Source: Candidatus Nomurabacteria bacterium (GTDB lineage: Bacteria > Patescibacteriota > Dojkabacteria > SC72 > JAHDCA01). Taken from it: 64,000 nucleotides of DNA. A program made the translations under genes and the position numbers. Location of the stretch: assembly GCA_020632395.1 (NCBI GenBank), contig JACKFQ010000002.1, forward strand, positions 172,971 through 236,970. Direction: 5' to 3'. Position 1 is the first letter of the stretch. Each line of letters begins with the position of its first letter. The notes beneath the pieces were generated by a model, which saw only the letters and a program-made list of their open reading frames with translations, did not search any database and had not been told where the DNA came from. This document shows positions 27,666 through 37,177 of the stretch, piece after piece.

Positions 27666-28766
27666 TCAGCGCTGTTCTTGCAACTTTTCCCAAAGCTTCT
27701 TTTCTTCTCGACTGATCTTCTTAGGTATAACTACCTTAACCCTGACGTATTGGTCACCTCTACCTTCTCTCCCAATGATTGGTGCTCCTTTGCCAGAGAT
27801 CCTGAAAATCGTGTCGGGCTGAGTGCCAGATGGGATCTTTAATTTAACAGCTCCTTGCAGGGATTCGATCTCGACCTGATCACCTAGGACTGCTGTCATT
27901 GGAGAGATCTCGTGATCGATATAGATGTCATTTCCTCTCCTTTCAAATATCTCATGAGGTTCGACAGATATCTCGATGAATAGATCTCCAGATGAGTGGC
28001 CTCTCCTACCACTATTACCACTACCACGATATCTGAGTATCATTCCGTCATAAGCTCCTGCTGGTACTTTTATCTTCAGAGGTACTTCCTGATGTATCAC
28101 GCCTTGTCCATTACAATCTGGACATTTCTCTTTTACTATCTTCCCCGATCCATCACAATCTGGACATTCGGACAACATTGCGATCCTACCAAAGATACTT
28201 TGTTGTACTCGTTGTACCTGTCCTCTACCACCACATGTCGTACACGTTTGAAGTTCACCACTCTTGCTGCCACTACCAGAACAGGTTTTACACTCAACAT
28301 CCCTCGTCACGTTGATCTTATACTCTCCCCCTTCCATAGCTTCCATGAATGACAGGTTGATCTTGTATCGAAGATCGCTACCTTGCATATTTTGCGTTCG
28401 TGCCGAACCTCGACCATTCATACCCCCAAAGTCAAACCCAAAACCCTGACCACCACCGAAGAATTGACTAAAGATATCTCCAATATCACCCATATCAAAA
28501 GGTGTTCCATTGAACCCCTCAGCTCCTGAGAAGCCACCGAACCCTTCTGTACCTGCGTGTCCATATTGATCATATGCTTTCCGTTTCGATTCATCAGACA
28601 GAACCTCATATGCTTCAGATACTTCTTTGAATTTTTCCTCGGCACCTGGATCGCTGTTGTGATCAGGATGATATTCTTTCGCAAGTTTTCGATAAGCCTT
28701 TTTAACCTCTGTTTGTGAGGCTCCTTTTTCTACACCTAATATTTCATAATAATCTCTTTTTGACAT
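27666..28766 (-). CDS. dnaJ: Chaperone DnaJ (J-domain, G/F region, four CxxCxGxG zinc-finger repeats)
   Basis: [37 protein letters not shown]; G/F-rich segment; [32 protein letters not shown]. The track ORF starts at a GTG (28787). The ATG giving the canonical [12 protein letters not shown] start is at 28766 and is preferred. Confidence 0.93.
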   Translation of the reverse strand: MSKRDYYEILGVEKGASQTEVKKAYRKLAKEYHPDHNSDPGAEEKFKEVSEAYEVLSDESKRKAYDQYGHAGTEGFGGFSGAEGFNGTPFDMGDIGDIFSQFFGGGQGFGFDFGGMNGRGSARTQNMQGSDLRYKINLSFMEAMEGGEYKINVTRDVECKTCSGSGSKSGELQTCTTCGGRGQVQRVQQSIFGRIAMLSECPDCDGSGKIVKEKCPDCNGQGVIHQEVPLKIKVPAGAYDGMILRYRGSGNSGRRGHSSGDLFIEISVEPHEIFERRGNDIYIDHEISPMTAVLGDQVEIESLQGAVKLKIPSGTQPDTIFRISGKGAPIIGREGRGDQYVRVKVVIPKKISREEKKLWEKLQEQR

Positions 28767-28775
28767 ACGCAGTAT

Positions 28776-28802
28776 TCTAGCAGACACGCAGCCTGAGTGC
28801 CA
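28776..28802. promoter_or_regulatory. Candidate degenerate CIRCE-like inverted repeat (CTAGCAGAC-N9-GAGTGCCAG) immediately upstream of dnaJ
   Basis: Compared with the CIRCE consensus TTAGCACTC-N9-GAGTGCTAA, it has 6/9 and 7/9 matches with the exact 9-nt spacer. It lies 10-36 nt upstream of the preferred dnaJ ATG. It is weak, and no hrcA gene is seen in this window. Confidence 0.25.
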
Positions 28803-28947
28803 GCCCCATGGTACGATGATCTTAACAGATCCGAATTCTCCAAAAAGTATAAACTAATTGTCATTTATCATAACTTTGCAGATTGTAAAGCAACCCATGA
28901 TAAGATAACATTCGGATTGTAGATGAAATTACAACATTAAACATCTT

Positions 28948-29757
28948 ATGGCAATGTGGAATGTCAGTTCATCAGAGGCAAAGCATGAACGTACAGTTAA
29001 ATACATTAGAATAACAATATCCTTACTGCTCTCTGGAGTTGGTTTGTATATTCTCGCTTCACAAGCGGTACCCATCGGCCAATCATATATTAAGGGTGCT
29101 ATCATTGAGAAAAGGGAGGAATTGAAAGTAAGTCCTGTCCCTGGTTCGTACAAGAGAGAGATCGGGGGAGAATTTGCCTATTGGGATCCGGGAAGAAGCT
29201 ACTTTGAGAACCTGATCGCTCAAGCTGTCTTGACCCCTGAGAATGGCCAAAGGGTCTACAACCCAGAAACCCAGCAATATCTAGATGTAGAAATAGATCA
29301 GAACTATTCAACTCCGATGTCACTTACTATCAGTTCGCTAGACATCGTCGACCTCAACATCACCCCTAACGTAGATAGCTATGATGAGAATGCTTATAAT
29401 CGGGTATTGAAATATGGGTTGGCTCATTTTAAGAGTACACCTCTACCAGGGGCAGGTGGAAATTCTTTTATATATGGGCACTCCGCTGTAGATTCGTATT
29501 TCAACAATCATAAGAATAATCCCGAGGTTGCATTCTCGATATTAGAGGATATCAAAATAGGCGATGAGGTAGAACTGACCAAAGATGGTAGAATATACAG
29601 GTATGTAGTGAGAAAGAAGAAGATAGTAGAACCGACCGATTTCTCTATCCTTTCCAGACAAACATGGAAGGAAACTCTCACATTGATGACCTGTTCGCCG
29701 GTCGGTATCGGTACAAATAGATTAGTTGTAACAGCAGAATTAATAAATGGACAGTAA
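28948..29757 (+). CDS. Sortase (membrane-anchored transpeptidase)
   Basis: N-terminal anchor ITISLLLSGVGLYILA. Catalytic His in FIYGHSAVD. Signature TLTLMTCSPVGIGTNRLVV, i.e. the TLxTC active-site Cys with the conserved Arg 9 residues later. Confidence 0.8.
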   Translation: MAMWNVSSSEAKHERTVKYIRITISLLLSGVGLYILASQAVPIGQSYIKGAIIEKREELKVSPVPGSYKREIGGEFAYWDPGRSYFENLIAQAVLTPENGQRVYNPETQQYLDVEIDQNYSTPMSLTISSLDIVDLNITPNVDSYDENAYNRVLKYGLAHFKSTPLPGAGGNSFIYGHSAVDSYFNNHKNNPEVAFSILEDIKIGDEVELTKDGRIYRYVVRKKKIVEPTDFSILSRQTWKETLTLMTCSPVGIGTNRLVVTAELINGQ

Positions 29758-31099
29758 GAAATTGATCCTGATAGTCGGCGTAGTGGCGACTATTATCATT
29801 GGTGTGCTTCTAGTCGTAAGTATGAACAGCAACAGCGACTCACCTTCTGGACAGGATGGCAACAATGACAATGTTAACACACCTACAGGTGAACCTGTGA
29901 CATTAGAATACTGGGGTTTGTGGGAGCCTGAAGGAGTAATGCTACCCTTGATCGAGAAATATCAACAGGCAAATCCAAATGTCAGAATAATCTACACCCA
30001 AAAATCATTCGAAGGATACGAAGGAACTCTGTACACACGTTTACAACAAGGAGCCTCAGCTCAATCTCCAGCACCTGATATCTTCAGGATAGACAATCGT
30101 TGGCTAAATAAATTTCAAGGGTACCTAAACCCATTACCCTCAACTATCATGGATCCTGCAGAGTATTCTGCAACATTTTATCCTACAGCAGTGAGCGATT
30201 TTACCGGAACGGATTCACAGATCTATGCGATTCCTCTTGAGGTGGACGGCCTAGCCCTTTTCTATAATAAAGAACTCTTTGCACAAGCGAGTTTGTCAAA
30301 ACCATCAGGAGATTGGGATTCTGTTATAGATGAGGCAAAATTATTGACCATCAAAGATCCTTCAGGAAATATCGACCAGGCAGGTCTAGCGATCGGTTCG
30401 GCAACAAACATCAAACATTCTGCAGATATCCTTTCACTGTTTCTTCTACAGAATGGTGTGGAGATCAATCAGAATTATAATACAGAAGTTTCGCTCACAA
30501 CACAGAGAGCTATCGATGCACTCGACTTTTATACATCTTTCACTAACGAGCATGAGGTATGGAGCTCAGATCTTCGATCAGATCTTGAGATGTTCTTTCA
30601 AGGTAAGTTGGCAATGATGCTTGCTCCAAGTTGGAGGGCTTTTGACATAATCAATGCAAATCCCGCAATCGAATTCGGCATAGTTCCAGCACCAACCCTA
30701 CCAGGAGATCCGGTCTATTTCTCGATGTATTGGGGAGAGGCTGTTTCAGCTACCTCTGAAAATTCAACAGAAGCCTGGAAATTCATCAAATTCTTAAGCG
30801 AGCAGGATCAGATCAGAGAATTTCACAATAATTCGATAAGTGTAGGAGGAAGAGCCTTTGGAGAACCTTATTCCCGCAAAGATATGGGTGCTGAACTACA
30901 AAGCCATGCATACCTTGGTGCTTTTATGGAGATGGCTCCTCAGATGAAGGCTTGGAAGATCGGTGAACAAAGCTATATCGAAGAGCAGCTGAGGACTGCT
31001 ATAAACGATGTCGCAGTAAATGGTACACCAAGCGAAGTGGCACTATTAGAAGCTGAAGAATCAATAAATGCCAAACTTGCACAATTATTCGGCTTGTAG
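29747..31099 (+). CDS. ABC transporter extracellular solute-binding protein, family 1 (carbohydrate-type), N-terminally membrane-anchored
   Basis: Anchor LILIVGVVATIIIGVLLVV. VTLEYWGLWEPEG...IEKYQQANPNVRIIYTQ...PDIFRIDNRWL is typical of MalE-like sugar-binding proteins. No permease or ATPase genes are adjacent. It overlaps the sortase 3' end by 11 nt. Confidence 0.65.
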   Translation: MDSKKLILIVGVVATIIIGVLLVVSMNSNSDSPSGQDGNNDNVNTPTGEPVTLEYWGLWEPEGVMLPLIEKYQQANPNVRIIYTQKSFEGYEGTLYTRLQQGASAQSPAPDIFRIDNRWLNKFQGYLNPLPSTIMDPAEYSATFYPTAVSDFTGTDSQIYAIPLEVDGLALFYNKELFAQASLSKPSGDWDSVIDEAKLLTIKDPSGNIDQAGLAIGSATNIKHSADILSLFLLQNGVEINQNYNTEVSLTTQRAIDALDFYTSFTNEHEVWSSDLRSDLEMFFQGKLAMMLAPSWRAFDIINANPAIEFGIVPAPTLPGDPVYFSMYWGEAVSATSENSTEAWKFIKFLSEQDQIREFHNNSISVGGRAFGEPYSRKDMGAELQSHAYLGAFMEMAPQMKAWKIGEQSYIEEQLRTAINDVAVNGTPSEVALLEAEESINAKLAQLFGL

Positions 31100-31194
31100 A
31101 GTTATTATGAAAAGTGGATATTTTCTGGTCGCAAACATTTAGGTTAATTAATGAACTGCTTCATCATTGATACTACATTCTTTTCTGTAGTATA

Positions 31195-34100
31195 TTGATT
31201 ATAGTTATGAAAAGACTCACTAGATCAAAACGATTAAAACTTTCGATCACAACATCGATCTTTCTTTTATTATCGATACCTATCGTTCTTTACGGTCTAC
31301 TAAAGACAGAGAGTGTTGATCCACGAAGTGATGCAGGTACAGAAGTGCCGAAGACTTTCTGCTCCATATCTTTTCCATATGTCGAAAGTGATACGATCGA
31401 AGCTGGCAAGGTAGTCCAGGTGACCATCAATGGTTCTGCTCCAAATGAAATCTCCTTGATCAGTACGATCAAGATTGAAACCTCAGAGGAGGTCGTCTTA
31501 TTAGAAAAGAATTACCCTCAACCCCAATCCACGATCAGTGAGACAGTCACATTCACCACAGAAAATATCGGTAACGTGAGAATATTCGGACAAATGACGA
31601 CACAAGGAGCGAATTATCCATGTATCTTGGAGGGTTCGAACGAATCAGGAGTTGTTACTACAAAAGAGATAAACAGTGCACCAGAATTCACCTCTATACC
31701 AGAAACAGATGCTCAACCCTCAAACGCGATCAAGGTAGGAGACAGTTATGAATACACGCTTACTGCTCAAGATACTGATGGAGATGGGATAGAATTCGCA
31801 TATAGCTTCACTCCTAGGGCAGATTGGTTAACTATGAGCGTAATAAAAGCAGGAACAGATGGTGAATTAACGCTACTATTCAAAGGGACAGCTGATCAGC
31901 CTGCGAGTTATCTCGCAAATGTTTTTATTCACGACGGTTACAATCAACATCTAAGAGCTCAAACCTGGGTCATAAGTGTTGACCCTACTGAGAACGACAC
32001 ACCGATAGTAAAAGTTTCCGCTCCACCGTTTGGAACATCTGTAACACAAGGACAGAACCTCACCACTTCTTGGAGTGCGACAGATCTCAACCAGATAATT
32101 AAGTACAAACTATACTACGCATCAAACCCAGGGAATCAGAATTCCTGGAAACCTATTGACGACAACATCTCTTACAAGATCGGGTCATATATAGTTGATA
32201 CAAAGGCAATAGAGCCAGGTGATTACAAATTCATAATCGAGGCAGAAGACAATCAAAATCCACCTGCGATCGGGACAGGTGTTTCAGAATCCTTTACGAT
32301 CATTGCTCTACCACCAGCTCCTGTTGATGACGACCTTCCTCCTGTTGATGACGATGGTAAACCTCCTATAAAACCTCCTGATGACGGGGTGGTCATACAG
32401 GAAGCTCAGATAGTCAACGTTAATCCCGCAGATTCAAGTGTCATTAACAATGGAAGAAGGACAATAAGTGCGACCTTAGTTGCATCCAAGGATGCCACCA
32501 TAGTTACAGACTCGATAACTATGAAATTAGATTCAAAAGATATTACAAACGAGCTGGAGATCAGCGAAATATCCGAATCAGAAGTGACAGTGATCTACAA
32601 ACCGTCAAACGATCTGGAAGATGGTGAGCACAAAGTAGAGGTCTCCTTCGAAGATTCTGAAGGTGGAAACGCAACAAAAGCATGGACATTTACCATGGAA
32701 TCATTAGACGAGGATAATACAGATACCATTAATATATTTGGATTCGAGATCAGTAACCGAACAGCCTGGATCATATTGATTGGTCTTGGGATCATCGTCC
32801 TTGCACTGATAATCCCTTGGATCCTATATCTCGCATGGAGAGATGACGGAGATAATGAAACCAATATCTACGACATCAGACCTACCGCAAGATATCCGTA
32901 CAATACATCTCCTAGTACAAGTGTACCCCCTACAATAGATTCATCATCTAATAAAAAGGACGCCCCAAAACCGGTATTCGTACCAACGGTCACAATGCCC
33001 TCATCAAAAAAAGATGACACGGTAAATAAAACTATCGATACAAAAACTATCTCTACAAATACCCAAGATACAAATACTCACGCTTCAAACACTGCTATAA
33101 CAAGTACTGAAACAGAGCCATCTGCTGAAACATCAGAAAACACTACAAAAGTGGTTGGAAAAGGAACAGATGAGATAGAAGCAAAACCAGCCTCAAAAGA
33201 TGTCACTTCTACAGGTACTGAAATTCCAAAAGAGAAAATACCCATTACGACATTAGAAGATGAAGCTTCAAAGAAAAGATCCAAATTTAGTCAACTAAAA
33301 AACATTCTACCAACAGGGAGGGAAAATTCGACTGAGCAAGATACAACTCCAATTTTAGATCCAACTAGACTAAGAAACACATCAAACGATGATACTCAAA
33401 CCCAAACAATAGATACCAAGGTAGTAAGTCAGAAACCAACAGGACAACAAGATCTCGTAACGGATGAGAGTGTAAAAGGGAGCCGTTTCAAACCTATGCT
33501 CAAATTCACAAATTCAAAGAACAGAAAAGGTGATCATGACAAAATCGATAGTTCAAAGAATGACACAGCGGTTACAGACAAAACCTCTACAGGGGGTGGT
33601 ACAGTAGATGGAATGATCGCTAATAGTACCTCTGATACGGTAAACTCTACCGCACCACTTATGTGGAAACCTAAGGTTATCGTCCCTCCAAGACGAGAAG
33701 ATGACAGTGGTACAAACGCCAAAGATGAGCCCAAACCTGAAACTCCATCTGAACCCTCTGTTCCAACAGGTGTATCTTCTGATACTGGATCTGCTCCCAT
33801 CTTTAATACAGCATCTAACTCAACTCTCGAACCTGAAACTAAATCAAATATAGTTACTACAGAGCAACAGAACCCTTCTGCTACATCACCTGTTACACCA
33901 CCTGCTACACCACCTGCTACGTCACCTTCTACATCACCTTCTACATCACCTTCTACATCACCTTCTACATCACCTTCTACATCACCTTCTACATCACCTT
34001 CTACACCACCTGTTACACCACCTGTTACACCACCTGCTACACCACCCACTACACCGATGGATCCAATGCCCCCAACATCCCCTGTTCCGATCATGACTAC

Positions 34101-34602
34101 GCCATCTGATCAAACAACCACAACCCTATCTGATCAAACAGCCACTACACCACCCAACCAAATCAACATAACATCCTCAGAGCCAAGATTTTCTTTGATT
34201 TCGGATTCTGAAAGCAGTTCGACATCTACTGAACCTAGCTCGACATCTACTGATCCGTACTCAAACGACTCAGATACCGATACAACACAATTACCACCCC
34301 AAAGCGATGAGGGATCCGAGATACCTGACCCTAACTCCTCAGATTCACTGACGGCCTTACTCCAGCAGATCGAAGAATCCAAATTGCTGGTAGAAAAGGA
34401 AAGAGAAGAGAAGCAACAAGCTCAAAAGGCTAGTGATGCAGGTGACCTCCAAATACCTACTCAACCAATAGAGGATACAAACCAGAATACACCAGCAGGA
34501 GGAACGATGGATCAAGAGAAAAATACTCCTCCCAGAAACGATACCAACAACTCAACTCCTCTCACCTTCTCCGCACCACCTCCATCTGTAGGAGCTAATT
34601 GA
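31195..34602 (+). CDS. Large membrane protein (1135 aa): N-terminal signal/anchor, Ig-like extracellular region, central TM helix, long Ser/Thr/Pro-rich low-complexity tail
   Basis: N-terminal hydrophobic SITTSIFLLLSIPIVLYGLL. Proline repeats PPAPVDDDLPPVDDDGKPPIKPPDDG. TM helix AWIILIGLGIIVLALIIPWILYLAW. Tail with (TSPS)n / TPPATPPVTPP repeats and a poly-acidic and Ser-rich tail. Confidence 0.7.
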   Translation: MIIVMKRLTRSKRLKLSITTSIFLLLSIPIVLYGLLKTESVDPRSDAGTEVPKTFCSISFPYVESDTIEAGKVVQVTINGSAPNEISLISTIKIETSEEVVLLEKNYPQPQSTISETVTFTTENIGNVRIFGQMTTQGANYPCILEGSNESGVVTTKEINSAPEFTSIPETDAQPSNAIKVGDSYEYTLTAQDTDGDGIEFAYSFTPRADWLTMSVIKAGTDGELTLLFKGTADQPASYLANVFIHDGYNQHLRAQTWVISVDPTENDTPIVKVSAPPFGTSVTQGQNLTTSWSATDLNQIIKYKLYYASNPGNQNSWKPIDDNISYKIGSYIVDTKAIEPGDYKFIIEAEDNQNPPAIGTGVSESFTIIALPPAPVDDDLPPVDDDGKPPIKPPDDGVVIQEAQIVNVNPADSSVINNGRRTISATLVASKDATIVTDSITMKLDSKDITNELEISEISESEVTVIYKPSNDLEDGEHKVEVSFEDSEGGNATKAWTFTMESLDEDNTDTINIFGFEISNRTAWIILIGLGIIVLALIIPWILYLAWRDDGDNETNIYDIRPTARYPYNTSPSTSVPPTIDSSSNKKDAPKPVFVPTVTMPSSKKDDTVNKTIDTKTISTNTQDTNTHASNTAITSTETEPSAETSENTTKVVGKGTDEIEAKPASKDVTSTGTEIPKEKIPITTLEDEASKKRSKFSQLKNILPTGRENSTEQDTTPILDPTRLRNTSNDDTQTQTIDTKVVSQKPTGQQDLVTDESVKGSRFKPMLKFTNSKNRKGDHDKIDSSKNDTAVTDKTSTGGGTVDGMIANSTSDTVNSTAPLMWKPKVIVPPRREDDSGTNAKDEPKPETPSEPSVPTGVSSDTGSAPIFNTASNSTLEPETKSNIVTTEQQNPSATSPVTPPATPPATSPSTSPSTSPSTSPSTSPSTSPSTSPSTPPVTPPVTPPATPPTTPMDPMPPTSPVPIMTTPSDQTTTTLSDQTATTPPNQINITSSEPRFSLISDSESSSTSTEPSSTSTDPYSNDSDTDTTQLPPQSDEGSEIPDPNSSDSLTALLQQIEESKLLVEKEREEKQQAQKASDAGDLQIPTQPIEDTNQNTPAGGTMDQEKNTPPRNDTNNSTPLTFSAPPPSVGAN
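33922..34005. repeat. Perfect tandem repeat: 7 copies of the 12-bp unit TCACCTTCTACA encoding (STSP)n, flanked by degenerate PPAT/PPVT copies
   Basis: Direct reading of the sequence; the unit is a multiple of 3. The antisense ORF 33534..34094 (GDVEGDVE...) is an artefact of it. Confidence 0.9.
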
Positions 34603-34604
34603 GA

Positions 34605-34633
34605 TTGACATTAGAGGTATTTAACAATAGAAT
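34605..34633 (+). promoter_or_regulatory. Sigma70-type promoter TTGACA-N17-TAGAAT driving the alaS leader
   Basis: Consensus -35 hexamer TTGACA (34605-34610), a 17-nt spacer, then TAGAAT (34628-34633). It is immediately upstream of the T-box leader. Confidence 0.5.
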
Positions 34634-34639
34634 TCGCAC

Positions 34640-34885
34640 TAGGGTAATGCTATGAACAGTAAAAGCGAAAGTGGCCAACTGGGAGCGTTGTAGGAAGTCT
34701 TAGGGCGCAACTACAGTCTTGATGTGAGACACCCGAACACAGAACACTTGTTGATAGACAAGTGACTAAGGTTGATATAGCGATATATCAACGAAACAAG
34801 GTGGTAACACGAGATGAAGACCTCGTCCTTGTCGAACCGGAACATGGGTTACGGTTCCGCAGGAAAGGGGTCTTTTTTATTAATA
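34640..34885 (+). promoter_or_regulatory. T-box riboswitch leader (tRNA-sensing antiterminator/terminator) upstream of alaS
   Basis: T-box-like sequence AACAAGGGUGGUAACACGAG. It folds into the canonical antiterminator: helix A1 ACAAGG(34795-800)/CCUUGU(34827-832), an 8-nt bulge GUGGUAAC containing UGGU (complementary to tRNA ACCA-3' with discriminator A, as in tRNA-Ala), and helix A2 ACGAG/CUCGU. A competing terminator follows: AAGACC..GAACCG-loop-CGGUUC..GGUCUUUUUU ends in a U6 tract, and its 5' arm overlaps the antiterminator 3' arm. A long structured Stem I region lies upstream. The specifier codon could not be assigned with confidence. Confidence 0.65.
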
Positions 34886-34902
34886 TTTTACAAGAATCTC
34901 TG

Positions 34903-36723
34903 ATGAAAAAAATGAGCTACAACGAGATCCGGGAGATCTATTTAGACTATATGAAGCAACATGATCATTCGTTCATCCCTTCTGCATCTCTAGTACCCGA
35001 TAATGATCCAACAGTACTGTATGTCAATGCTGGTATGTTTCCATTAGTGCCGTTTTTAATGGGAGAGAGCCATCCCAATGGAACAAGGCTTGCAAATTCT
35101 CAGAGATGTATAAGAACTATAGATATAGATGAGGTGGGAGACATAAGCCATCTGACATCATTTGAGATGCTTGGGAACTGGTCTCTAAACGATTACTTCA
35201 AGAAAGAAGCGATCGAACTAACCGTGGATCTGTTTGTGAACAGATATGGATTCGACATTAACAATATTTATGCATCAGTATTTGAGGGAAACGAGAATTC
35301 ACCGGAGGATGATGTATCTATCCAAGTATGGAAAGAGATCTTTCGTAGTTACGGTATTGAGGCAAGTGCTGGACCTGGGGAGAGGATCCAGAAACTTGGC
35401 ATGGACGAAAACTGGTGGGAATTAGCAGGTGGTGGCCCTTGTGGACCTTGTTCTGAGATATTTTACGATACAGGAAAAGAGCTCTGTTCTGATAAATGCG
35501 ACGTTAGTTGCAGTTGTGGTAAATATATTGAGCTAGGCAACAATGTATTCATGGAATATCTGAAAGAGGGAGAAAGTTACAAACCTCTTGGGAGATTCAA
35601 CGTTGACTTTGGTGGGGGTCTAGATCGACTTGCAATGATCTCACAGCAGGCAGAGTCTGTTTGGGAGACTGACAAATACCTTCCGATCTTGAAGAAGGTC
35701 AAAGAGCTAAGTCAAGTAGAGGTCGTAGAATCTGAAAGGATAATTATCGATCATCTTAAAGCTGCATCTTGGATCGTGATGGATGGAGTGATCCCGGGAA
35801 GGACAGAAAGAGAATACATCCTGAGAAGGTTGATAAGGAGAGCTATTCGACACGGTAGGAATTTAGGGATGACAAAGAGTTTTGTCGGAGAGATCGTTGA
35901 CATCTGTATAGATCAATTCATGGACATATACCCACAATTAGATGAGGATAGAGAGAAGATCGTAGAAGTGATCGTATCAGAAGAGACAAAATTCAACGAA
36001 ACAATAGAAAAGGGATTGCACGAATTTGAGAGGTGGTTCGATAAGACTTTTGAGGGTAAGAAAGAGTATATATTTGATAATTCGGACGGATTTACATTTA
36101 GTATGTACGAAACCTTTGGATTTCCTCTTGAGATGTCCCTTGAAGAGCTTAAAAATCGAAATGTGCGATTCGATGAAGCGCAAGTAAGAGAAAATCATCT
36201 GCGTGAATACGAAAAACATCAAGAGAAAAGTCGAACTGCGACAAAAGGATTGTTCAAGGGAGGCTTGGCTGACACTTCCGAAGAAAGCAAGAAGCTACAT
36301 ACAGCTACTCACCTACTGCTTCAGGCGCTTTATAGGGTTGTTGGTTCGCATGTATTTCAGAAAGGTAGTAATATTACACCTGAGAGGTTACGTCTTGATT
36401 TCCCAAATGACACGAAACTAACTCCAGAACAGATCCAGAAGGTGGAAGACTTGGTGAATGAGCAGATAGATAAAAAATTACCCGTATCTTTTGTCGAAAT
36501 GTCAAAGGACGAAGCGATGAAATTAGTCCAGTATGCTGCTTTTGAGGATCGGTATGGAGAGATTGTCAAAGTATATACTATCGGAACAGCAGATGACCCA
36601 TACTCTATTGAGATCTGCAATGGACCTCATGTTGATAATACATCGGAACTAAGGAGATTTAAAATCATAAAACAGGAGAATGTCGGTGCAGGGATCAAGA
36701 GGATCAAAGCCATCCTTGAATAA
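34903..36723 (+). CDS. alaS: Alanine--tRNA ligase, short form (catalytic, tRNA-recognition and editing domains; no C-Ala domain)
   Basis: FIPSASLVPDNDPTVLYVNAGM, QRCIRTIDIDEVGD, HLTSFEMLGNWSLNDYFK (class II AlaRS core). Editing-domain HTATHLLLQALYRVVG....LRLDF and C-terminal CNGPHV..T.E. The protein ends about 200 aa short of full-length AlaRS. The track ORF starts at 34762 but runs through the leader/terminator. The first plausible start downstream of the terminator is ATG 34903 (MKKMSYNEI...). Confidence 0.85.
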   Translation: MKKMSYNEIREIYLDYMKQHDHSFIPSASLVPDNDPTVLYVNAGMFPLVPFLMGESHPNGTRLANSQRCIRTIDIDEVGDISHLTSFEMLGNWSLNDYFKKEAIELTVDLFVNRYGFDINNIYASVFEGNENSPEDDVSIQVWKEIFRSYGIEASAGPGERIQKLGMDENWWELAGGGPCGPCSEIFYDTGKELCSDKCDVSCSCGKYIELGNNVFMEYLKEGESYKPLGRFNVDFGGGLDRLAMISQQAESVWETDKYLPILKKVKELSQVEVVESERIIIDHLKAASWIVMDGVIPGRTEREYILRRLIRRAIRHGRNLGMTKSFVGEIVDICIDQFMDIYPQLDEDREKIVEVIVSEETKFNETIEKGLHEFERWFDKTFEGKKEYIFDNSDGFTFSMYETFGFPLEMSLEELKNRNVRFDEAQVRENHLREYEKHQEKSRTATKGLFKGGLADTSEESKKLHTATHLLLQALYRVVGSHVFQKGSNITPERLRLDFPNDTKLTPEQIQKVEDLVNEQIDKKLPVSFVEMSKDEAMKLVQYAAFEDRYGEIVKVYTIGTADDPYSIEICNGPHVDNTSELRRFKIIKQENVGAGIKRIKAILE

Positions 36724-37177
36724 AAAACGTTTTCCGATACTCGCCATAGATTATGGAGAAAAAAGGTTTGGTATAGCTATTTCTGATAGCAAAGGGATCG
36801 TATCAACGTCCCTTGGGACATTAAGCATCTCAAAGAATATCGGGATAGGCGATATAATAGAGCAGATCAGAGTTATCACTACTCAGAATAGAGTTAGTTC
36901 AATTCTCTTAGGTCTTCCTCAAGCATTTGAGAAAGCTTATGAGATCAATAGAGATCGGATAAAGAGATTTGGACAGATGATCAGTGAAGCAACTGGTCTG
37001 GAAGTGTACTATTATGATGAGAGTTACTCATCCAAGCAAGCAACTGCGGTGATGATAGAAACTGGTAAAACACGTACTCAAAGAAGAAAAGATGTAGACA
37101 GTGTTGCGGCAGCTTTATTTTTGCAAGAATATTTAGATGGAAACAATTCTAAACAACTACAAAACAGAAACAGATAG
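36680..37177 (+). CDS. ruvX: YqgF/RuvX-like putative pre-16S rRNA nuclease / Holliday-junction resolvase-like protein
   Basis: FPILAIDYGEKRFGIAISDSKGIVSTSLGTL matches the RuvX N-terminus (ILGLD.G.KRIGVA.SD). Length is about 160 aa. The start is uncertain: ATG 36680 has an AGGAG only 1 nt upstream, GTG 36686 has better spacing, and either overlaps the alaS 3' end. Confidence 0.65.
   Translation: MSVQGSRGSKPSLNKKRFPILAIDYGEKRFGIAISDSKGIVSTSLGTLSISKNIGIGDIIEQIRVITTQNRVSSILLGLPQAFEKAYEINRDRIKRFGQMISEATGLEVYYYDESYSSKQATAVMIETGKTRTQRRKDVDSVAAALFLQEYLDGNNSKQLQNRNR

Noticed and set aside
33534-34382. Antisense ORFs 33534..34094 (GDVEGDVE...) and 34134..34382 inside the 31195..34602 gene
   Set aside because: Low-complexity artefacts of the (STSP)n/(TPPA)n repeats read on the opposite strand.
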